Shown here: positions 1-7,045 of the stretch, piece by piece
How positions within the stretch are numbered: position 1 is the stretch's first letter
Layout: each line of letters opens with the position of its first letter
Notes under the pieces: generated by a model
What the model saw: the letters and a program-made list of their open reading frames with translations, nothing else
What the model was told of the DNA's origin: nothing
Database searches by the model: none
DNA from: a virus
Taxonomy: Duplodnaviria > Caudoviricetes
Virus record (IMG/VR): IMGVR_UViG_3300037420_001196
Coordinates: 1-30,134 of that record
DNA: 30,134 nt
Reading direction: 5' to 3' (one strand)
Position numbers and translations under genes: made by a program

Positions 1-297
1 GCGTCCCGCTTCGCGCTCCTGCCGGAACTTCCCACTGTGGCGGAATCAGGTTTGCCGAAATTCGAATCGATTACCTGGAATGGCGTGCTGGTGCCGGCCG
101 GCACGCCTGCGGAAATTACCCAGCGCCTGAACCGGGAAATAGATGCCATCCTGAAAATGCCTGATGTCAAAAACCGGCTCAATCATGCGGGCCTGGAAAC
201 GGTCGGCGGCTCTTCCGAGTCGTTCCGCATGCTGATGGCCGCCGAGATAAAAAAATGGTCAGAAATCATCCGGAAAACGGGTGCCAAACTTGATTAA
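1..297 (+). CDS. Bug/TctC-family tripartite tricarboxylate transporter substrate-binding protein, 3' part (host gene, truncated by window edge)
   Basis: Frame open from base 1: ASRFALLPELPTVAESG..W.GVLVPAGTP.EI..RLN.EI..IL..PDVK..E..KW..II, the typical Bug/TctC C-terminus. Confidence 0.9.
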   Translation, partial: ASRFALLPELPTVAESGLPKFESITWNGVLVPAGTPAEITQRLNREIDAILKMPDVKNRLNHAGLETVGGSSESFRMLMAAEIKKWSEIIRKTGAKLD

Positions 298-348
298 GCA
301 GATTCAGCCGTTTCTGATCGCAATGCGTGGCAGAAAGCACAAGCACTC

Positions 349-357
349 TGCTATAAT
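349..357 (+). promoter_or_regulatory. Extended -10 sigma70 promoter element for the tRNA
   Basis: TGcTATAAT ends 12 nt before the tRNA 5' end. Confidence 0.65.
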
Positions 358-368
358 ATGCAGCTTCG

Positions 369-446
<78 letters not shown>

Positions 447-473
447 ATAGAATCAAGGCCTCTCGGCCAATCG

Positions 474-489
474 CTGTATATAAACGCAG
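474..489. promoter_or_regulatory. Putative LexA (SOS) box
   Basis: CTGTATATAAACGCAG fits CTG-N10-CAG with an AT-rich core; right half-site is GCAG rather than ACAG. Confidence 0.55.
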
Positions 490-533
490 CCTGTATATTA
501 GACACTTTCTAATATCCGGCTGCGTTTTCTTTT
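482..533 (+). terminator. Long imperfect hairpin followed by a T-rich tract downstream of the tRNA
   Basis: AAACGCAGCC...ATATTAGA-CACTT-TCTAATAT...GGCTGCGTTT then TCTTTT. Confidence 0.55.
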
Positions 534-542
534 GGCACCACG

Positions 543-731
543 ATGATAGACAGCGCACTTTCCCGCCTCTCACCCGGTCAGCTGTGCGAGCTCATTCTTG
601 CCGATGGCCAGCGCCGCGAAGGTGCGTGGGAACCCAACCTTCCTGGCTTCCGATTTTGTGACGGCAAGGGCGAAGGCATCGCCTTTCACGCCGACGTCGA
701 GGAGTGGTGGCCGGCGAGCATCCCGTTTTGA
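543..731 (+). CDS. Small hypothetical protein (62 aa)
   Basis: ATG ORF filling the gap, protein-like composition; RBS weak. Confidence 0.45.
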   Translation: MIDSALSRLSPGQLCELILADGQRREGAWEPNLPGFRFCDGKGEGIAFHADVEEWWPASIPF

Positions 732-835
732 CCATCCATGCCGAATGCCCTGCAGTGCAAAACTGATTCTGGGATGACGTTACAGCCGTTCGGTTACCAT
801 ATATAAACTACAAAAAAACAAATCTGGGAGCGCCA

Positions 836-1861
836 TTGGTGACCGCGACTTCGAACGAGCAGAAGATCGGCTATCTTGACGGATGGCGCGGCATGGCAAT
901 TCTTCTTGTGCTCGTCGGCCATTTCTTTCCAGTGCCTGGAATCGACTTGGGACGCCTCGGGGTCGACTGGTTTTTCGTGCTCTCGGGGTTGCTGATGGGT
1001 CGACTGCTCTTTGTGCGCAACACTCCCATTCCTTTGTTTTACCAACGCAGAATCACGAGAATCTTCCCGCTTTTTTACACATTTCTGGCCCTGTCGCTGA
1101 TCTGGGCGTTTGTCCGGAGCAAGGAGATCAATCGCGACGCCATAATTTCTTCAGCCCTTTTCTTCCGAAACTATGTATGGGTAGGCCCACAGACCGGCGA
1201 CATCCCCAACGGGCACCTGTGGTCCCTTGCCGTTGAAGAACAGGCGTATGTTCTGCTATCGCTGGTGGCGCTGCTGGTGCGATCCATGCGAGTAAAAGCA
1301 GCTCCCGTCCTGGCAGCTATCGCCCTACTCTCCGCCGGAGCCATCGTCGTCTATCAGTTTGTTCTTGGCGACGGCGAAGCCCTGCACATTGCCTCCCTCC
1401 ACGGCGAATATGCGGGCTTCGGGATTTTCATTTCGGCATTGGCGCTTCTTGGCGCTCGCCCAATCCGCGCCGCGAACTGGGCGGTCCCGATGTTAATTGT
1501 GGGAGGATCGCTGCTGCACTGGTGGTCAGTGCCACTGGCGATACAATCAATCGTTGGCGTTGGCTGCCTGGCAGTAGCGATCAACCTGTTGGAGACCGGT
1601 CCCAACTGGGTCCGCAGTGCCTTGAACTTCGCGCCGCTGCGCACGCTCGGGGTATGGTCCTATTCGATCTATATCTGGCAGCAAGTATTTTATGCATCAA
1701 CTCTGGGACGACCGATCGCAGCGATAGGCGCAATGGTCGTCAGTATTGTGTCGTTTTATTGCATAGAGCAGCCGGCACGCCTCTGGCTCAACCGTGTTTG
1801 GGCAACTGAAAAGGAGAGCGATGCCGCCTCTCCTGGTGCCGCATTCCCATCCGATTTGTAA
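836..1861 (+). CDS. Acyltransferase family 3 (OafA/YrhL-like) membrane O-acyltransferase
   Basis: Motifs LDGWRG.AIL.V...H, GVD.FFVLSG, RRI.RIFP, HLWSLAVEEQ.Y, SYSIYIWQ; about 10 hydrophobic segments; no SGNH domain. Confidence 0.92.
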   Translation: MVTATSNEQKIGYLDGWRGMAILLVLVGHFFPVPGIDLGRLGVDWFFVLSGLLMGRLLFVRNTPIPLFYQRRITRIFPLFYTFLALSLIWAFVRSKEINRDAIISSALFFRNYVWVGPQTGDIPNGHLWSLAVEEQAYVLLSLVALLVRSMRVKAAPVLAAIALLSAGAIVVYQFVLGDGEALHIASLHGEYAGFGIFISALALLGARPIRAANWAVPMLIVGGSLLHWWSVPLAIQSIVGVGCLAVAINLLETGPNWVRSALNFAPLRTLGVWSYSIYIWQQVFYASTLGRPIAAIGAMVVSIVSFYCIEQPARLWLNRVWATEKESDAASPGAAFPSDL

Positions 1862-1899
1862 GGCTGACTGCGCGCATTCCACTCTATCCAGTCGCAGCC

Positions 1900-2250
1900 T
1901 CAATCCCGGTCGTCGTCCTTCGGGTCGAATCCGCAACTGGCCCCGGCCGGCGCCAGCCGCAGAATCCAGCTCTGCACGAAATACTGCCGCTCGACCTGCT
2001 CGACGCCGGTGAGCTCCAGGTAGACGTCGGTTGCACGCCGCAGCTGCGGATCGAACAACCACAACTCGCCCTGCGCACCCTTATCACGGAACGAAAAGAC
2101 CGCCGCACGGCGATACCAGACTTCGCGCTTGATCCCGCGGGGTGGCCAATCCCGCACGATAAGACTTCCCCGCAACGGATCCGTGTCGGCGATCACGACA
2201 TCGGCCATCCGCCGTCCGCTCGAAAAAGCAAGGTTGAGGAGGAAATCCAT
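1900..2250 (-). CDS. Hypothetical protein (116 aa from MDFLLN; alternative start MADVV), divergent from the SRAP unit
   Basis: C-terminal part of the 1900..2637 ORF; ATG at 2250 sits just beside the LexA box; LFDPQL..L.GVE....QSW pattern. Confidence 0.6.
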   Translation of the reverse strand: MDFLLNLAFSSGRRMADVVIADTDPLRGSLIVRDWPPRGIKREVWYRRAAVFSFRDKGAQGELWLFDPQLRRATDVYLELTGVEQVERQYFVQSWILRLAPAGASCGFDPKDDDRD

Positions 2251-2257
2251 GACAATA

Positions 2258-2277
2258 TACTGTATATATAAACAGTA
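2258..2277. promoter_or_regulatory. Near-consensus LexA (SOS) box between divergent genes
   Basis: TACTGTATATATAAACAGTA differs at one position from the E. coli-type consensus TACTG(TA)5CAGTA. Confidence 0.9.
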
Positions 2278-2310
2278 TATCAGCACTGAAACACGGACTA
2301 GAATAAGTTC

Positions 2311-2565
2311 ATGAACACGCTCAAAGTCATCAAGGCCGCATGCAGCCTGGCGCTTGAAGAGTCGGAAGCTGGCGACCCGGCATGGCGCGCAGCTTACACA
2401 TCCGTCGTGGAGCCGCATTCTGTTCTGGAAATGGCTTCGATCATTGAAACGCTGCTGCAGCATACCGAGCAGACGGCGCCGGAACTGGCAGCCAAGGTGC
2501 GCGCAGCGATCGATGCGCCGCAGGAACTTCCACAGCAATGGACGAAACCGCCCTCTCCCGCCTGA
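2311..2565 (+). CDS. Hypothetical helical protein (84 aa)
   Basis: ATG ORF directly downstream of the LexA box and upstream of SRAP. Confidence 0.6.
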   Translation: MNTLKVIKAACSLALEESEAGDPAWRAAYTSVVEPHSVLEMASIIETLLQHTEQTAPELAAKVRAAIDAPQELPQQWTKPPSPA

Positions 2566-2615
2566 AGATAGAGGGGTGGCCAGCGAGCGCGAAGTTCTGA
2601 CGCTACAATCGGGGT

Positions 2616-3302
2616 ATGTGCGCGAACTACACCCCATCGAGACGCGACCAGCTGGAGCATCATTTCGGCGTTGCCCCGCCCGATTCGGAATTCAAGGCCG
2701 AAGCCTATCCGGCCGACATGGCGCCATTCATTCGGCCGCCGCGTGGCGATTCGGTGCCTGGAGACCGGGCCGCTGCCCTCGGGATGTTCGGTATCGCCCC
2801 GCACTGGGCGAAAGAGCCGATGAAGCTGGCGCGCAATACCTACAATGCGCGCACCGAGACGCTCACCGAGAGGCCTAGCTTTCGCAATGCTTGGAAGCGC
2901 CGGCAATTCTGCATCATCCCGGCTGCGTCAATCTTTGAGCCGTGCTACGAGACCGGAAAGGCGGTGCGATGGGAGATCGGTAACGCCGACGGCAGCCCGC
3001 TAGCGATCGCCGGGCTGTGGGAATACAGGCAAGACGGTCCGACCGGACTCCCGCTGCTGTCCTACACCATGCTTACAATCAACGCCGACGGGCACGAGAT
3101 CTTTCAGCGCATGCACAAACCGAACGACGAGAAAAGGATGGTCGTGCTCCTGTCGCCGGACCAGTACGACGAATGGCTGCACTGCCCCGTCGAGGATGCG
3201 CCGGCGTTCTTCGAGCAGCGCTACCCGGCCGAGCGCCTGGTCGCGCACGCGGCGCCGAAAACTACCAAGGCAAGCGCTCAGCAATCGCTGCCGGGCGCAT
3301 AA
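2616..3302 (+). CDS. SOS response-associated peptidase (SRAP; YedK/HMCES family abasic-site crosslinking protein)
   Basis: Catalytic Cys2 (MCANY), TYNARTET, RPSFRNAW, CIIPA..IFEP, IAGLWE, MLTINAD.H, MHKP.DEKRMVV. Confidence 0.93.
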   Translation: MCANYTPSRRDQLEHHFGVAPPDSEFKAEAYPADMAPFIRPPRGDSVPGDRAAALGMFGIAPHWAKEPMKLARNTYNARTETLTERPSFRNAWKRRQFCIIPAASIFEPCYETGKAVRWEIGNADGSPLAIAGLWEYRQDGPTGLPLLSYTMLTINADGHEIFQRMHKPNDEKRMVVLLSPDQYDEWLHCPVEDAPAFFEQRYPAERLVAHAAPKTTKASAQQSLPGA

Positions 3303-3311
3303 GCGTACGGG

Positions 3312-3752
3312 TTAGCGCCGGACTTTACGCGCACACGCCTGCCAGTCCGACCAGATGCAGGCTTGCGCTGCAGATAACGTTATCTGACCCCGGCAAACCG
3401 CTTTCTGCAGCCGCACTTCCAGCTTGTCCTTGACCTTCGCGCCGTCGGCACCGTCCCAGTGCTGCAGCATCAGATTGTGGATGTTGCGCGGATGGCCGCC
3501 GACCGCCAGCGGGATAATGTGGTCGAGTTCGTACTCGCCGGCGTGCGCCTCGAAATCGATGCCCTGCTCACGCAGTAACTTACGCTTGACGCCGTTCGTG
3601 TATGTCGTCGACGGTCGGACTGATTTCGTGTAGCCCGGTTGGCAGATCGTTTCATTGATAGTTTCCTGCCGGACGTCCGGATTCAACACTTCAGTGGATT
3701 GGGCGAGTGCCAGGGCCGGAACCAGCGCGAGGATGGGGAGAAGGATTTTCAT
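3312..3752 (-). CDS. Secreted HNH-like nuclease-fold protein
   Basis: Signal peptide MKILLPILALVPALALA; YELDHIIPLAVGGHP....NL HNH core; four Cys. Confidence 0.7.
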   Translation of the reverse strand: MKILLPILALVPALALAQSTEVLNPDVRQETINETICQPGYTKSVRPSTTYTNGVKRKLLREQGIDFEAHAGEYELDHIIPLAVGGHPRNIHNLMLQHWDGADGAKVKDKLEVRLQKAVCRGQITLSAAQACIWSDWQACARKVRR

Positions 3753-3879
3753 CTGGGAATTTTATCTGAAGGAGGCGCGGCAGCAGTGGGCGATGGGGCT
3801 AGAATGGCTGCAAACGCAACAATCTAGCGAGCCGCTGCGCGGCGCTCGGCAGAAGAGCAATAGCCTGAAAGGATTTGAG

Positions 3880-4098
3880 ATGGAATACGAACAGTTCATC
3901 AAAGAAAACTCGATGGAATACCGTGGTTACACCATCGGCCCCGGCACCGTCAGAAAAGAAGGCGAAGTCATCATCATGTTCTACGCTCCACTTGATGCAT
4001 GTAAGGAAGAGATTTTCAAGGTTGGCAAGGCGGCGGTCGATGATCTGTTGGCCAAAGACGGCAATGCATCCACCACCGCCACCAGACGCCCTGCATGA
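3880..4098 (+). CDS. Hypothetical protein (72 aa), moron-like
   Basis: ATG at 3880 with AAGGA RBS, within the 3655..4098 ORF; more AT-rich codons; convergent with the lysis genes. Confidence 0.55.
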   Translation: MEYEQFIKENSMEYRGYTIGPGTVRKEGEVIIMFYAPLDACKEEIFKVGKAAVDDLLAKDGNASTTATRRPA

Positions 4099-4119
4099 TC
4101 AGCAGCATTGGCAGCGCAC

Positions 4120-4590
4120 TCACCTCGGCCACCCGTCCCTCAAGGTTTGGACGTCGCTGACATGGCGGTCAGCCTTCTCCGCCAGGCCTCGATAGTTTCC
4201 CTCGCACTGCTGGAATAGCTCTGCGAGGGTATCGGCTCGCTGACGGCAGGCATCGGCGGCAAGTTGGGGCAGCTGGCGCCGGAGGTCGGCGAGGTCGTCG
4301 CGCAGGCCGTCAGCAGCCAGGCGAGCGCCGTCAGCATCACGGCGTAGAGCAGTTTCACGGATCGTTGCAGCATTTCTGGCTTCCTCCACTTGTTTGGACA
4401 TGGCTCGCTCTTTGAGCCGGTAGGTTTCGTTTGCAGCAGCATCCGCCTCGGCTTGCGCGAGCTTGTCCTTGTTCCAGTCCGCCTGCACGCCCTGCGCGCC
4501 GTAGTGATGCCCAAGCGCGAACAAGGACAGCGCGGCCGCGACGATGGCCAGCGCCTTGGCGGCGCCGAGGTACGGTTCGAGCGCGCTCAT
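4120..4590 (-). CDS. Rz-like inner-membrane spanin
   Basis: One N-terminal TM (ALAIVAAALSLFALG), then an Ala/charged coiled coil; last gene of the lysis cassette. Confidence 0.85.
   Translation of the reverse strand: MSALEPYLGAAKALAIVAAALSLFALGHHYGAQGVQADWNKDKLAQAEADAAANETYRLKERAMSKQVEEARNAATIRETALRRDADGARLAADGLRDDLADLRRQLPQLAADACRQRADTLAELFQQCEGNYRGLAEKADRHVSDVQTLRDGWPR
4140..4373 (-). CDS. Rz1-like outer-membrane lipoprotein spanin, embedded in Rz in another frame
   Basis: MLQRSVKLLYAVMLTALAWLLTAC (lipobox LTAC), then Pro-rich CPNLPPMPAVSEPIP. Confidence 0.85.
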   Translation of the reverse strand: MLQRSVKLLYAVMLTALAWLLTACATTSPTSGASCPNLPPMPAVSEPIPSQSYSSSARETIEAWRRRLTAMSATSKP

Positions 4591-4787
4591 ACCCACCTCG
4601 ACCACATCGCAATGCCGTAGACCACCCAGACGGCGACAGCCGCGACCGCGGCGACGCCATACTGCCCAGCCTTGCGTATGGTCGAATATTCGCCGGGCGC
4701 GACAGGAATCCAGTGCGCCGCGGCGAATGCCGCAACCGTCGCCAGTGCCGGCGCCATCAAGGGGTGCCATGATATTGTGATCGTCAT
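4587..4787 (-). CDS. Small two-TM membrane protein in the lysis cassette
   Basis: 66 aa, two hydrophobic stretches, ATGA overlaps with both neighbours. Confidence 0.65.
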   Translation of the reverse strand: MTITISWHPLMAPALATVAAFAAAHWIPVAPGEYSTIRKAGQYGVAAVAAVAVWVVYGIAMWSRWV

Positions 4788-5299
4788 GCCAGTACCTCCT
4801 TTGCCTTTTCGTAGAGCGCCAAGCGGTCCGCCAACCCATTGACACCACCATTCACGTGGCGCGTCACGCGCACTTGGTCGCCAGCATCGGCCAATTCATT
4901 CAACCCGTGCGCCTGCCAGAACCAGCCGGCCGAGCGGCATGCGTTGACAGGCTGTTCCAGCAGTTCCGGTTGTCCGATCAGGTCAAGTCCTAGCGCCTCG
5001 CCACACGCCTCATAGTTCTTTCGCCCGGTGATCTGGATAAGGCCCCGGCCCTTGTAGCGACGGCCATCGCCTGGCTGCGTGTTGCCGAGGTCCGCGCGCC
5101 CCTCGTAGGCGACGCCGGAAGCCAACTCCCTGACATAGCGCAGTTGCCCCGACTCGTGCCCGACCTGCGCCAGGAACGCGGCCTGCCGCGCCGAAGTGTT
5201 GATCTCGAATTCCTGCATAGCGGCGACGAGGGGTGCAAAAAAAGCCGCGATGCGCAGCTTTGCGAATGGCATGATCGCCAGCAGGTCGGATTGCGTCAT
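4784..5299 (-). CDS. Endolysin, glycoside hydrolase family 19
   Basis: AAFLAQVGHESG, YEGRADLGNTQPGDG.RYKGRGLIQITGR.NY, VNGG.NGLADR; start MTQSDLL. Confidence 0.95.
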   Translation of the reverse strand: MTQSDLLAIMPFAKLRIAAFFAPLVAAMQEFEINTSARQAAFLAQVGHESGQLRYVRELASGVAYEGRADLGNTQPGDGRRYKGRGLIQITGRKNYEACGEALGLDLIGQPELLEQPVNACRSAGWFWQAHGLNELADAGDQVRVTRHVNGGVNGLADRLALYEKAKEVLA

Positions 5300-5553
5300 G
5301 ATAGGCACCTCCGATCTGATCGCCGCCGCTCGAAGACCAGGTGCAGCGCAATGCCGACGTTCAGTGCCGTCCCCCACACGCCCGGCGACGGATAGCCGTA
5401 CAGCGGAGCAACCAGCACACCGAGCGCACCGGTCGTCAGTGCCAGCCAGGCGACGCGCATGCCTTGAGATGTGCGGCGCGTCATCTTGTTGATTGCCGCC
5501 AAACCACAGACAAGGACCGTGACGGCAGCGATCATGTTGAGGACAGTGATCAT
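5296..5553 (-). CDS. Holin/antiholin-like membrane protein (85 aa)
   Basis: Three hydrophobic segments and a basic C-tail ERRRSDRR; coupled to both neighbours. Confidence 0.7.
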   Translation of the reverse strand: MITVLNMIAAVTVLVCGLAAINKMTRRTSQGMRVAWLALTTGALGVLVAPLYGYPSPGVWGTALNVGIALHLVFERRRSDRRCLS

Positions 5554-5924
5554 TGCGCACCGCCTTTCGCCTCGCCCTTCGCGCGGATCCAGTTCAGCAC
5601 CGCCGGGATGACCGCCTGCGCGCTGATCCCGAGGCCGGCGGCCGCGGCGATGCGCATGTAGTCGCCCATGCCGCCGAGAAACGGAAAATAGTTGACGGCA
5701 GCAGCCGCAATCAACGGGGCGAAGAATCCGGCAAGCAGGCTGGACGTGGCCACGCTGCCCGCGATTCGAAGCACCGGCATGGCCGGCAGGTAGGACAACG
5801 ACACCAAGCCGCCGAACAAACCCGCTGTGAGAGCGTCGTAGTGCACGCCGAGAATGGTGCCGGTCAGCGTGATCGTCCCTGCTGCAATCGCGATTCCGGC
5901 TGTTGAGCTCGCTGGTTCTGCCAT
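5550..5924 (-). CDS. Putative holin (124 aa)
   Basis: Multi-TM, charged C-terminus, first gene of the lysis cassette, AAGGT RBS. Confidence 0.75.
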   Translation of the reverse strand: MAEPASSTAGIAIAAGTITLTGTILGVHYDALTAGLFGGLVSLSYLPAMPVLRIAGSVATSSLLAGFFAPLIAAAAVNYFPFLGGMGDYMRIAAAAGLGISAQAVIPAVLNWIRAKGEAKGGAQ

Positions 5925-5930
5925 GGGTGG

Positions 5931-6443
5931 CTACCTTTCTTGTTGTGGAATTAAAAAACCCGCCGAAGCGGGTTTTGGAGGGAAGATTGCCGGCGGGCCG
6001 CCGCGTATCCATCGGCTGCCAGGCAGCCGTTCGAGCACGACCGCGAATCCGTTCGGGTTGAACCGCCAGGCCTCGCGCAGCCCGCCGGCCGTGCCGACAG
6101 CCTCGTTGCAGAACCACCGGTCCTTGTCCTGCCGGACCGGCGCCCAAGTGGACAGCAGCCCGATCAGGTCATAGCCGTCACCGAGATGCGCCTCGAACCA
6201 CGCATGCACCTGCGCGTCGTCGAAGGCTGGCACATCCATGACGTCCCAGTGCTCCGGGTCAAGTAGGATTTCCTTGATGCGAACACCACCATCGAGAAAC
6301 GACGATGACGCGCACAGCACCGGCCCGGCCAGATCACCGGCGTCGTCGACAATCGCTTCCACATGCGAATACGGGCCCGCTGCCCACCACGACACGATGC
6401 GATTGAACGCCCGCTTCTGCCCTTTGTAGAAAGCGACCCTCAT
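5931..6443 (-). CDS. Permuted papain-like (NlpC/P60, YiiX/YaeF-like) protein
   Basis: His before Cys: YSHVE...GYD..G...WFCNEAV; start MRVAFYKG. Confidence 0.75.
   Translation of the reverse strand: MRVAFYKGQKRAFNRIVSWWAAGPYSHVEAIVDDAGDLAGPVLCASSSFLDGGVRIKEILLDPEHWDVMDVPAFDDAQVHAWFEAHLGDGYDLIGLLSTWAPVRQDKDRWFCNEAVGTAGGLREAWRFNPNGFAVVLERLPGSRWIRGGPPAIFPPKPASAGFLIPQQER
5953..5976 (-). terminator. Intrinsic terminator-like hairpin (cUUCGg loop), potentially bidirectional
   Basis: Minus strand AAAACCCGC-TTCG-GCGGGTTTTTT. Confidence 0.75.
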
Positions 6444-6445
6444 GG

Positions 6446-7036
6446 TCAGGCTCCAAGTTGCGCGCGAATCGCGGCCACGAACGACGACCATGCAGCTCTC
6501 GCCTCGGCCATTTGCGCAGCCGTCTCCGCGTTGCGGACATCTTCCTTGCGCTGGAGCCGATTCTCTCGAATGGTCGACTGCGCGCCTCGCCATTGCACCG
6601 CGGTGGCTAGAATGTCATCGGCCGCCCACTGCGCCGTCTGCTTCGACGCTGTCGCCCACGCCTGAACGCTTTGCGGCACGGCGCCGGTATAGCCTGCCGC
6701 CTTATATGCGCTCGCATCCGACTCAGCCAGCGCGTATTCCGATTGCCGGTTCCCGATCACCGCCGCATAGATGCCATCCACATCCGCATCGATCTCCTTG
6801 ATCAAGGCATCCTTTTCCGCTTGCGTTGGCGGTGGTGCTGATTTGCGCGCCAGCGCACCACCCGACCACTCATAGCCGCCTTGCGCGAAATCCTCCGGCA
6901 GTTCCGTCTCCACAATCTGCCAGCCGGAGATCGCCGCCTTCGGGATCACTGCGTTCTCGCACTCAAACGCCTCGGACGTTTCCGTCCACGGTCCCACCGC
7001 CACAATCTCACTGCCCATTACGATGATCTTTGTCAT
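6446..7036 (-). CDS. Tail-fibre-associated protein / assembly chaperone (DUF4376-like helical domain)
   Basis: Follows the fibre gene; K..LIKEID......YAA..G....EY..AE..A.AYKAAGY pattern. Confidence 0.6.
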   Translation of the reverse strand: MTKIIVMGSEIVAVGPWTETSEAFECENAVIPKAAISGWQIVETELPEDFAQGGYEWSGGALARKSAPPPTQAEKDALIKEIDADVDGIYAAVIGNRQSEYALAESDASAYKAAGYTGAVPQSVQAWATASKQTAQWAADDILATAVQWRGAQSTIRENRLQRKEDVRNAETAAQMAEARAAWSSFVAAIRAQLGA

Positions 7037-7045
7037 GGCAATCCT

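Noticed and set aside
451-463. IHF-like site AATCAAGGCCTCT beside the tRNA
   Set aside because: Matches only the WATCAA half; the TTR element is missing, so too weak to call.
2251-2637. N-terminal extension of the 245-aa minus ORF 1900..2637
   Set aside because: Runs through the LexA box and antisense to the 84-aa gene; the real start is more likely 2250 or the next Met.
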